A stretch of DNA of 64,000 bases, from contig OZ059899.1 of NCBI GenBank assembly GCA_964057225.1, forward strand, positions 6,014,001-6,078,000. Reading direction: 5' to 3'. The notes under the pieces were generated by a model, which made no database searches, was not told the DNA's origin, and was given only the letters and a program-made list of their open reading frames with translations. This DNA comes from Auanema rhodensis. Taxonomy: Eukaryota; Animalia; Nematoda. Positions 44,147-54,276 of this stretch are shown one piece after another; the stretch's first letter is position 1; every line of letters starts with the position of its first letter. Position numbers and translations under genes: made by a program.

Positions 44147-44444
44147 CTACAACAAGCACAAACTGTTTAATGGACAGTTGGTTGATTTTGTTATGTTATA
44201 TTTAAATTTTCTTAGCCGTAACATTTTTTTTTTCCAGCTCTTGAAGTTTGAAATTATCCATCAACAGCCAACTCTCAAACCAACTGGTAAGCATTGAAAA
44301 TTTAAATATTAATCAGTTTATAATTATAGGTTATATCATTGTCTTGGCTTTTATGTTTTGCTGGTTTTTTATTGTTACAATATAAACGATTGATCAAATA
44401 AATCATTTATTATTAATACAATTGTTTACAACAACAGTGAGAAA

Positions 44445-45551
44445 TTATACATTTAAATTTTCTGCATCTATCCATTCATTAAAGTTGTCGGGATAGCCAC
44501 TCCATTTTACAAATACTTGGCGTTTACCATTTCGTGTACGCTCTTTCAAAACTTTCTCAATATAGTACTGGTTGCTTTTATTAGTAGCCAACATAAGTTC
44601 AGGCTCATAGAATATTCCCTTTATACGTTCACCATTATAATCTACAAGTTTATACACGGTTGGGTTCCCGGCTACAATCTCATCAATTGTGAATAGTTCC
44701 ATTGTATATCCAGACTCGTAACTTTTTTTAAAAGTACGCCTGTTCTTGCTTATGCGAACATTATCACCAATTTTGAATCGGTTGCGAACAGCTGGTGCAT
44801 ATTCTTCAACGAATATATTTGCTGTAACATCTACGGGGCGCATTTTAATCGACCGATTATAAGATTTGTTTATTCCTTCGACCAAGTCATCTAGTATATC
44901 AATCCATCGATGATTATTCTTGTAATAGAGATATTTCATCATGCGCGTTTTTAAAGTTCTATTTGCTCGCTCCACCATTGCCGCCTTTTGTGGTGAACTT
45001 GTTGATCCATGCAGTATGGCAAATTTTTTGAATAGTTTTTCACAATGACTATTATAAAACTCTGCACCGTTATCCGTTATTAGTTGGATTGGTATAAAAT
45101 CCTTGAATACATTTTCAAATGCAGTAGCAACCTCTAAACCACCTTTAGTTTTCAAAGGCCTAACATATAACATGCGTGTATAAACATCAATCATGGTCAA
45201 CATGTAAGCATAGCCGTCATTTGATTTTTTATATTTTTGCATATCAACCAAATCTGCTTGCATTGTTAGGAATCGACCACAGCCTCTAGTCTTTTTAGTC
45301 TGCATATGCAGTCTCGTTGGTTTATGACGTGTAAAAGTTTCAGAGTCTTGCAAAAAACTTTCAACTTGTGCTTTTGCGATGCCATGCTTTCGCGCTTCCA
45401 ATATTAGATTTTTGGCAGACGTATAAGAAGCTGGATGCTTAATATTATAATAAATGTTCTCCAAAACATTACTTCCATAATCTAATGTAGAATCGTTTAC
45501 GGCCTTTACCATTCTGTGTTTCTCCCGCCTGAGGTGTGTAATATGATTCAC
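44445..45551 (-). CDS. Maverick retroviral-like (rve) integrase with C-terminal chromodomain
   Basis: YYNIKHPASY, QADLVDM, IDVYTR, ITDNGAEF, VERANRTLK; chromo YYIEKVLK...VKWSGY...NEWI; real start may be MVKAV at 45512. Confidence 0.95.
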   Translation of the reverse strand: MNHITHLRREKHRMVKAVNDSTLDYGSNVLENIYYNIKHPASYTSAKNLILEARKHGIAKAQVESFLQDSETFTRHKPTRLHMQTKKTRGCGRFLTMQADLVDMQKYKKSNDGYAYMLTMIDVYTRMLYVRPLKTKGGLEVATAFENVFKDFIPIQLITDNGAEFYNSHCEKLFKKFAILHGSTSSPQKAAMVERANRTLKTRMMKYLYYKNNHRWIDILDDLVEGINKSYNRSIKMRPVDVTANIFVEEYAPAVRNRFKIGDNVRISKNRRTFKKSYESGYTMELFTIDEIVAGNPTVYKLVDYNGERIKGIFYEPELMLATNKSNQYYIEKVLKERTRNGKRQVFVKWSGYPDNFNEWIDAENLNV

Positions 45552-46206
45552 CAGTGTCAGCGGGTTTTGTCTTTTTATTTATAGCTTTGGATTTAAATGT
45601 ACGACGCGGAGAGGGTGAATATCGAATAACAGCCTTACGGTGACGTGGTGTTCTAGGTAATATATTAATAGTAGCATCCAAGTCTGTGACAGCCGATGTG
45701 GATGTAGGCACGGGCTCAACTGAATCCTTGTTACTGACGGCAGGCTCTACATTTTTTGCCTTCTTATTAGGGCTAGAGACCCCATTACTGGCTAAGAATT
45801 TGGCTAATACTGAGAATCCATTGGGTTCCGTTTTTGTTTTATCCAGTACAAAATCCAAAATTTTTGTAATATTTGTGTTTGGTACGGGCTCATTATTAAT
45901 CACAAGTTGGTTATTTTTGTTTGTACGCACCTCTGGAAATCTTTCCCACAGATCGTTGTACTTTCGTGGCAGCTTGTATTCTGGCAATAATGGTGGATCA
46001 GCATTTTCCACTTGTACTGATATAGGCGCATCTATGCTTTCTCTATAGTTTTTGAGACGGGTGATCAAGTCTTCGTATAGTTCAGCCTTTTTATAATCGG
46101 GTATAGATTTATTCTCTCGTAAGAGCTTCAATTCAGCATCAAACTTGTCTATATTCAGCGTTTCATCATCAACAGGTATTAGACGATATTTATGATTGAG
46201 TTTCAT
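45469..46206 (-). CDS. Maverick ORF of unknown function, 245 aa
   Basis: Intact ORF overlapping both neighbours in the compact viral-type layout. Confidence 0.75.
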   Translation of the reverse strand: MKLNHKYRLIPVDDETLNIDKFDAELKLLRENKSIPDYKKAELYEDLITRLKNYRESIDAPISVQVENADPPLLPEYKLPRKYNDLWERFPEVRTNKNNQLVINNEPVPNTNITKILDFVLDKTKTEPNGFSVLAKFLASNGVSSPNKKAKNVEPAVSNKDSVEPVPTSTSAVTDLDATINILPRTPRHRKAVIRYSPSPRRTFKSKAINKKTKPADTGESYYTPQAGETQNGKGRKRFYIRLWK

Positions 46207-46511
46207 CTTTTAAAACCAAAATAAGCAATTCCACATGAAACTATTGTTTTCAATTGTTTGTGTGAAATCGTTGCCAATAAAGTTTTAGCCTTTTCGGGTA
46301 TGCGTATCAAAGCTATTTGACGTAATAATGAGGATATGGGCAAAAGGGTTTTATATTCCTTGTTAGTTAAGAGGAAATTATTATTTTTCACAATATTAAA
46401 TACAATTTCAACAATAATTTCAATTTGTGAAAAAGAAAATGGGGAAACAGAACAAGGGGTTTTGGCACAAGAAGATAAAAAGTTGTAATTTGACAAAATA
46501 CGACCACTCAT
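46203..46511 (-). CDS. Small conserved Polinton ORF, 102 aa
   Basis: QIEIIVEIVFNIVKNN..L pattern of the small ORF that commonly follows the Polinton ATPase. Confidence 0.7.
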   Translation of the reverse strand: MSGRILSNYNFLSSCAKTPCSVSPFSFSQIEIIVEIVFNIVKNNNFLLTNKEYKTLLPISSLLRQIALIRIPEKAKTLLATISHKQLKTIVSCGIAYFGFKR

Positions 46512-46523
46512 TGAACATGCACA

Positions 46524-47148
46524 TTAAACACTGAATATATTTCTGGCTACATAAACAATAGGGTGCTCCGCAGTTATATCTGATAGTATACGCTGTTTCT
46601 CATTTGTTAAAGGATGGTTGTCAATCAGTAAATGACTATAGGGTGTAGACATTGTATCATCATATGCTTCTAGAGCATTTTTAAAGCGGGGGCCAAATAA
46701 TTGTTGCAGACAATTGCGTATTTGTAATATATCCGAATGACTTTTCATTAGTATTATATATGTACTATTAATTCGACTGGTCCTGTCGAGCTGAAATGCA
46801 GCTTGCACAAGATTAAACACTGCCAAATTCCAGTGATGTGCCCACACTGTAAAAATGTTGTTGAGTAATTCTTTAGCCGCTTTATTCGATGAGAAAAAAT
46901 TCATCAAATCATCCAGCACTAGTATGGTGTTTACTCCCTTTTGCTCGAAATTGAATAACTATTAAACGCTCATCATTTAATGGAACACCTGACGATGCTC
47001 CACATTGACTGAACCAGAATATTCTATCAATGGGGACGTTGAAAAACTTTTCAGTATTTTCACATATACGTTTTATAAGGGTAGTTTTACCACATTGCGT
47101 TGCCCCTATTACAGTTGTCTGACTGGGTAGTTTGAAGCTGAAAACCAT
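46524..47148 (-). pseudogene. A32-like (FtsK/HerA) packaging ATPase, frameshifted by a deletion near 46947
   Basis: Walker A VIGATQCGKTT and Walker B LDDLM lie in different frames; copy A keeps the missing GPPDPDII segment. Confidence 0.88.
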
Positions 47149-47227
47149 AATCAACCACTCGTAAATGTACCTATAATGCAAATGATTTCATTTATACTAG
47201 TGTGCACGCATCAGGTGGTGGTCTCTG

Positions 47228-48085
47228 ATGGATGATTTTTACATTACTTTGCCGTCATCAGTTGACTCTGAAAAAAGTAATACCTCATCAGTGTTTCTTA
47301 CCAGGTTACCTGAAACATTAAGGCTACGCAATAACAGATATTGCATTGGGCTGACAGACATAATTTTTCCGTGTTCGATATTAAATGTACAAGAAAATCT
47401 TTCTTATACACTACGTTTTTCCAACAGAAAGTTTATTCTGCACTTACCCAAGGGTAACTATGCAAATGGTGATGAAATAATACGCGGAATCAATGCTGGA
47501 AAAGAACAATTTATTGCTAGTAGCACTAAACCTCTTGGAGCTGAGGAAGAAGCACGTATAAAGGGTTTAATAGATAAAGATGAAGATGTGAAAAAGTGGT
47601 ATAATAATCGACAAGCTGAGGCTAAACTTGTCAAGGAAATGCTGGCAGACGCCACGTTTCGGTTTAACAAAACACTACAACGCATAGAGTTTGTAACAAG
47701 TAAGCGGCTATTATTGAATGCAACACTCGGTGATGCTCTCGCATATTTTCTTGGCTTTGAGAATAAAATTATCAACGACACGTTAATAGCCAGGCGCCCC
47801 ATTGATTTTTCAAATAACATTAATACAATGTATATATATTGTGATATTGTAGAATATTCCATTCTCGGTAATGTGAAAGCTAATTTACTTGCATGTTTAC
47901 CTGTACCACCTCCCACTGAATTTGGTAAAATGATTGCCAAAACGTTTAATCCTATTCGTTATGTACCAATCACTAAGCAAACACTCGATACTATACGTAT
48001 TGAAATTTTAGATGAATTTGGCCGCCCTATGCAATTTAATTATGGTTCTACAGTTGTTACATTACATGTTAAAAATGTGAAATAA
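47228..48085 (+). CDS. Polinton minor capsid (penton, PX) protein
   Basis: FYITLPS...F.TRLP..L.L...IGL.DI.FP and MYIYCDIVE..ILG...LL, IRIEILDEFG motifs. Confidence 0.8.
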   Translation: MDDFYITLPSSVDSEKSNTSSVFLTRLPETLRLRNNRYCIGLTDIIFPCSILNVQENLSYTLRFSNRKFILHLPKGNYANGDEIIRGINAGKEQFIASSTKPLGAEEEARIKGLIDKDEDVKKWYNNRQAEAKLVKEMLADATFRFNKTLQRIEFVTSKRLLLNATLGDALAYFLGFENKIINDTLIARRPIDFSNNINTMYIYCDIVEYSILGNVKANLLACLPVPPPTEFGKMIAKTFNPIRYVPITKQTLDTIRIEILDEFGRPMQFNYGSTVVTLHVKNVK

Positions 48086-48090
48086 ATGTT

Positions 48091-48540
48091 TTATTCAACA
48101 GTTATACAAGACCACATTACGATTTTCGAAGGTTTAAAAGGTAGTTCAGCGCCGTTTTGTTCGATGCGCGGCTCGTGTTGTGAATATTCTCGGTTACTAT
48201 TGCAGCGGCATCGTTTTGGTTCGGTTGACTGTACAAACTCCTGAGTTTTTTCAGAGGGTTCGCTGGTATCATTTCCATCACCATCTTTACCATTCGTTCC
48301 ATTACTATTATGAAGACGCCGAATATGACGCTGACAATTGAATCTTGTTCAATAAGGGCACAAACGTCTACGAACACCATCCAAATGTCCATATTTTTGA
48401 ATAAAGTCAGCATTGCTGATATAACTGTTACATACGGGTTGAATCCCGTCATGTCTTTTCAATATGTGATCACTAAAATGCTTGACTGATGAAAATATTT
48501 CCTTGCACGTAACACAATACTTGTTACATAAAAGTTCCAT
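48091..48540 (-). pseudogene. Two-finger C2H2-like zinc finger ORF with one internal TGA (48349-48351)
   Basis: CVTCKEIF...HILKRH, then LCPY*TRFNCQRHIRRLH in the same frame, open to TAA at 48091. Confidence 0.55.
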
Positions 48541-48798
48541 TAGAGGAAAATAAAAAACAACCACACACAGTCAACTCACTTTTATATAATGAGTGGAATA
48601 ATGACTAGTGTAGTACAAAAGCCTAGTCCCAGAGATATTCCTTTAATGAATGGCACTGAAATACGTTTCAAAATCTTTTTGTACAGGGGTGTTGGCACAG
48701 ATTGTTCCAACGTGTATCTTATACATAATTCACAGTGACAGGGAATATTCATAACTGACCACCTAATGTAGCAGGTGACGTTTTAATGGCAAAGTTGA

Positions 48799-49254
48799 TC
48801 ATATGCTAGATAATTTATAGTCGAATACTTTATGCATAAACGCTTTAATAAAGACATCATCGTTTTGTAATAGTTTAAAAAATGAACAAATGCTTTCAAA
48901 TGTATTACCAGCTGACAACATTAGTATTACAAATATTGCATAACCACCACAAGTGTATTCAATTATGCGTTGTGGTTTGCAAGTATTAACTTTTACATTT
49001 TTATATTTGGCCAGATAATGACGAATGTACTTGTTCATTTTATAACCCAAGCTACAGAAAAAGTAAGCTTGATCATTACGTACAAAGATGACTTGCCAAT
49101 GTGTGCCCGGTTTATCGTGTGTGTCAGTATTTACAACAAGTGCAAAGTTCTTTCGACGTGTTTTGGGTAGAGTATCGGCGTTAAATACACCGAAGAATAG
49201 TTTTCGAGTGATGCGGACAGATCGCAATAGTGACGCTATTTCAGACGAATACAT
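48799..49254 (-). CDS. Adenain-like cysteine (maturation) protease
   Basis: VVNTD...PGTHW and Q......CGGY catalytic His/Cys motifs. Confidence 0.9.
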   Translation of the reverse strand: MYSSEIASLLRSVRITRKLFFGVFNADTLPKTRRKNFALVVNTDTHDKPGTHWQVIFVRNDQAYFFCSLGYKMNKYIRHYLAKYKNVKVNTCKPQRIIEYTCGGYAIFVILMLSAGNTFESICSFFKLLQNDDVFIKAFMHKVFDYKLSSI

Positions 49255-49292
49255 TTAGTAAAATGATCTAGTGTAACTTTTGTATTGCGCAC

Positions 49293-49757
49293 GTGCGGTT
49301 CAATATGCCACACCTCCTTCTAGACTTGAACTCAATTCAATGGACAACACTTTTGAATCAACAAATGGGTGGGGCGCCATTTAGTGGAATGATGTTTCAA
49401 CGTGGTATGCAGAGAGGTCATGGCCTGGGTGGTATACTGGCAACTTTGGCATCGTTTTTACCTCGCATTATTCAATCTCCTATAGCCCAAAATCTCATCA
49501 ATGCTGGAAGGAATGCATTATCCAGTGCTGTAAGCAATAGTCCAGTTGTAAATTCACCTCTTGGCGGCCAGTTGCTAAAAACTAGCAATGAAATTGTTGA
49601 TGGGGTGCTCAAGGGCGATAATATCAAGCAAACTCTTAAAACAGCCGGCCGGCAGGCTATACGTGATCTTACCGGTTTGGGCAAGCGGCGACGACGCAAA
49701 ACCACAAAACCTCATAAGCGTCTGTGCATAACTCGTGAGCGGTCGTATCGTATTCAA
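49293..49757 (+). CDS. Gly-rich/basic Polinton core-like protein
   Basis: FQRGMQRGHGLGG and TGLGKRRRRK motifs, the usual ORF upstream of the major capsid; no stop before the capsid ATG. Confidence 0.6.
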
Positions 49758-51091
49758 ATGGCTAAATTGATAGATTCAAAATCAGCACAAGCCCTTTTAC
49801 CTAATATTAATTATAGTGACATACCGGCGTCGGCATTAGGTGTTGAATCCACTCGTACTGTACAAGTTCCTTTAAAAATACTTTTCTTCCTCAAGGACCA
49901 TGGGAATTTGTTATAGCCCAAAATTCCAAATCATTTCTTAATCTGAGAAGGTGTTGGTTGAATGTAAAATTCAAAATTGTAACCACAAACGGCGATCCAG
50001 TACCAGACAACCTTGTTTTTGCACCATGCCAACAATTTGCAGCCAGTTTGATACACTCGTATCATTTAAAAATTGGTGATGTTAGCGTGTATGACTCTAC
50101 CGTAAATCATGCCTACAAAACATATATTGAGAATATTCTAATGTATAGCAACGATGTTAAAGAGAGCAAACTTGCCATATCAGGCTATTATGCGGATAGA
50201 TATATAGATAATGCAGCCAGTCCTGGATTTAGAGCGCGACAAGGGCTTGTTAAAAATGGCATATTGTGTGAGATGGCTGCTCCCATCAGTATCGACTTAT
50301 TCAATCAGGAACGACTGTTTGTAAACTATTCAAAAATGGAGCTAACTGCATATCCAAACCGTGATAATTTCTTAATTGACACACTTGGATGGAATAATGA
50401 AAGCAAGGATGCTGCAATGAAGGAGGAGTTTCCAAACCTGAAAATAGATATCAACGATGTGCACTTGCTTATTCAAGAGTTTGATCTAAACGCTGGATTA
50501 GCTATGGCTATAGAAGATAAACTTGTAAAGGAACGAATACACTACCCCATGACGTCAGTGAAAATGCGATCTTATTTCATAGAAGGAGGTTGTTTGGATT
50601 CACCCAATAACATATTATTCACGTCGCATACACCGAAACGTGTTGTAGTAGGTCTTGTCGGCGCACACGCCTATAATGGTACTTTTAAACATTCGCCATT
50701 CAACTTTAAACCGTTTGAATTGAAAAATATATACTTGACGCTCAACAATCGGGTAATACCTACCCGCCCTTATAATTTAGAATGGCGTTCTTCCTATGCC
50801 ACAGCATATATTGACATGTTGGAGGGTTTGGGTCTTGGTCGTACAGATTCATCCAATGGTATTACACCAGCAATGTATAAAACCGGCTTCACATTTTTTG
50901 TATTTGATATTTCACCGACTGTACACTCGTCCGAGTTATTTGATGTTATACGACAAGGTAATGTGGCCCTGAAATTGGAATTTGGTCAACAAACGCCGCA
51001 AGAGGGTTTATATGCTATTGTTTATGCAGAATATGACTCTATTCTTTCAATTGACAACAATCGTGCTCCATATATTGATACCAGTTTGTAA
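49758..51091 (+). CDS. Polinton major capsid protein (double jelly-roll, PY), frame break near 49871-49878
   Basis: SPFNFKPF, NGIT...YKTGFTFFVFDISP, IVYAEYD; N-terminus MAKLID... is one frame off the main ORF. Confidence 0.88.
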
Positions 51092-51229
51092 TGTATGTAA
51101 TAAACTCTTTAAAACATTTGATGAGAAGAATAAAATTTATTAATACAACTATACATAAAGATCTATAAATACAACCATATACAAATATACACGCAATAAT
51201 AAAATTTGTAAATTCACATATATTAAAAA

Positions 51230-54200
51230 TTATTCACAATAACCATAGGGTAAGGTACTAAAATCGTCTAGATAACAAAGTTTATCCATTACGACCTTGG
51301 TACTCTTTGTCATGTCCATCGTGGATATGGCACCAAGCTGCCTCTTTAATAACGTTGTTTTGGTTTTTAAAACCAATTTTTCTCCATCCATCACGAGTCC
51401 TCGAACCAATCGCTCCATACTTTGATAGTTTACCACGGTGGCTGCCGTGTGGTCCAGCGTCTGTAATTTTAAAAAGTTTCTCAATAATATATTTTTATAC
51501 TTACCACTCCCTTTGCCTTGGTGATATACTTGACCTGACCAGCTGCATTTACTAGCTCATAACTATAAACTTTTGCAGCTGGTGAAACAAATTTGGTCAT
51601 TGACCAACCATCGGGTATTTCTGAGGTTAGTTTACCTAACCATTCACCCTTCATATCCTCAATTGGATCAGGCTGATCGATGCATTTTAAATAAATTAGA
51701 GAATCGGTGTCTAAATGATGTACGTTTAAATTGTATACAAAGTATAAAATTACCTGTATACACCAAGTTCTTTCCAATTTTTTCCATTGCCTTATACAAT
51801 AGTAGCCTTGCATGAGCGGTTGTATAAGCCGCTATGGCTACATTTGTAAACGGCGCTGGTGCCAAGTGTGAGTCTTCTGGCACTGTTGTACAGTACGCCA
51901 CATCGTCCACAATTTTGAAACCCGTGAGTTCCCTTGCAGGATCAGTTATGATCCTACCAATTTCAGGATCCTCAACACCAATAATCTTGGTTTGGGCTTT
52001 ATCCGGTCTTTGACCCATTTTACCCCATACACTATAAGCAAATTTGTAAATTTTTATTTTTAAAAGTTTACATACCTATTCAGCTGTAGTTTGGCAATGC
52101 TACGCATGGGCGCATTCTTTTCAATTTTGTTGCTCTCCAGAGCAACACCAGTGTTCTCCTCGTGCTCTTGGAGATATTTTAGCTGTAAAATGTTATTTAA
52201 TGCCATACTTTTCATGACACATACCTTTTCAGCCTCTGTCATATTTGGCTTAAGCCAGCCCGATGCCTCTTGCTTAATTTTTATGTACTTTTGTACAAAA
52301 TCCTTGAATAGGCCGCCTTGCTGCCATTCATCCCAGTGCCAAACCTCATAAACATGAAGCACTTTGTAGCCACGCTGTATGGCACATTCGAGCTCTACAT
52401 GCGTTACAGTCAGATGCAGCTTTCGAGCGTCTTCATCATCTTGGTGCGGGCATGTTACATTTTTGCCTCTGTTTGCACATGTGCGGCAGTTTGTAAAAAT
52501 TAATTTACCGCCTATGCGTGTTCCTAATACAGGATACAACAAATTTGTGGGTGCAAGCACGTCACATTTCACAAGGCCGTTGTATGGGCAGCATGCCTCA
52601 AAACTTTCAAAGCCCTCAGTAATCACTTTAGGATTACCTACAGGGTAATAGGCATCAAATGCCGTTACATATGGATAAAGTGAACAAAAGTCCACATACT
52701 CTAGTGAGTATCTATCCGAAGCTTGGGCCAGAAGCTTATATGTTTGAGTTCGGCCGCCGGTGAAGGCATCTCGAGGTGCCAATCGAGTTACAACCTCAGT
52801 GTCCTTCATAAAATTTGCCATTTGCTCATTTGATGACATTTGAGCAGTAATTTCGTGTTCACACACAGTGGTTACACTAATGCCCTGGCTTTGAATAGCC
52901 TCAAGCCTTTTCATGGTTTTTTCATAAACCTAAATGTTTCAGCTTAAAATGATTAAAAAAGTATTGCTTACCTCTTCCATTGTTTCACCATTTCTGCCTG
53001 GTGCAATAGCAGTCTTGTTGGTGCACTGGGGGCAACCATGATAAATACAGCCATTAAACTACAAAATTCTATCATTTTTTACATTTATTACAAATTACTC
53101 ACCTCATAGCCGTGATTAGCCACACTGTCATAAGCATCAAGTAGATAGCGTTGGCCATCTACTCTCACAACAAATTCACCCCCATTAAGCTTATGCATTA
53201 ATGGGCGGCCTAATCCGTGTTCTAGCCATTTTATGTATTTTATGGCAATTATACTCTGCTTCTGGCCGGCATAATAACCAGTCTCAGGCAGAATACCCAC
53301 TTGGTTCTCTTTAATGTGGTTCATTTTCAACTGTAATATACTAGTTTTGAAAATGCTTGTATTTTAAAAAACTTGCCTGGAATAAAGAAAAACTGGCAAA
53401 TGTCATGCATTGTATGGCAGGATTCCAGCCAGTGGTGGCGGTGGCCAACTTCATGTACACTTTCATACAGTTAGTTAATATACGGACATCTGTCCTACAA
53501 TATTCCAGAAGCTCCTCATCAAAATCAAACGCACTTTGATTACGCTTCTCATACCAAACATTGAATGAAGCAAGGTCTTCGGCTTTCATTCTAGCAGTAC
53601 AATAGTAATGCTTTGGTGGCAAGGATGGTAGCACTTTGCCATAATTTATTGAGTGGTTAAAGAGGTATGGAAATTGTCCTTTACTCATATCAGGTACACC
53701 AAATGCCTTGAGTAACGCTGATAAGGGTAAAGGCACTAATAAATAACTGTCTTTAAAACATAAATGATTAATGTTTTGACCTCTTAAAGGCTTGACAACC
53801 ATGCTAATAATCTTGGTCCCATTTAAAATGGGGCCAGGATATATTCCACGGTTTATCAGCCTAGACACCAAGAAATGTATGTCAAAGCGCGGCCCGTTGT
53901 GCGCAATCAAATCATCAAAATTGCATTATCATTCTCAGAAAAGTTGAGTAACCAATCAAGGAAACGATCTGTTACAGATCATTCACTATCACCTTGTTGG
54001 TACCCAAAATGGCCCTACTCGGTTGTGCATTTTTTACAGAAACTGGCATCTATACAACTTTGACAAAATTTGTTATACACAACCATATTGGGCCATTGTT
54101 CATCTGCATATTCATGAACATTTGTGCCGTTTTTTAACACAACTGTTTCAAAGTCATAAAATATGAGCTTAAACAAGAAAGCATTACATTTGTAAAGATA

Positions 54201-54240
54201 AAAACTGCAAACCTTGAATTTTTCTTGCTTCTTTTTTTTC
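51230..54240 (-). pseudogene. Protein-primed family B DNA polymerase (pPolB), 8 introns, 5'-truncated, with lesions in the exonuclease exon
   Basis: IFYDFET, IAHNG.RFD, FKDS, KGQFPY, YC.TDV, GGRT, VDFCSLYPY, KLQLNSVWGK, YTDTDS, KAKG after splicing; stops and frameshifts at about 53905-54080. Confidence 0.92.
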
Positions 54241-54276
54241 GGGGCGTGGTTAGTAAATTCGGCATGGCTCTCTACT
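54241..54276 (-). repeat. Maverick B right terminal inverted repeat (36 bp retained)
   Basis: Exact inverted copy of 41816-41851, directly abutting a pPolB exon. Confidence 0.95.

Larger units (their letters stand above)
41816..54276. mobile_element. Maverick/Polinton B, 12.46 kb, both termini present, internally deleted
   Basis: Perfect 36-bp inverted termini; integrase, ATPase, minor and major capsid, adenain-like protease and pPolB genes. Confidence 0.95.
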
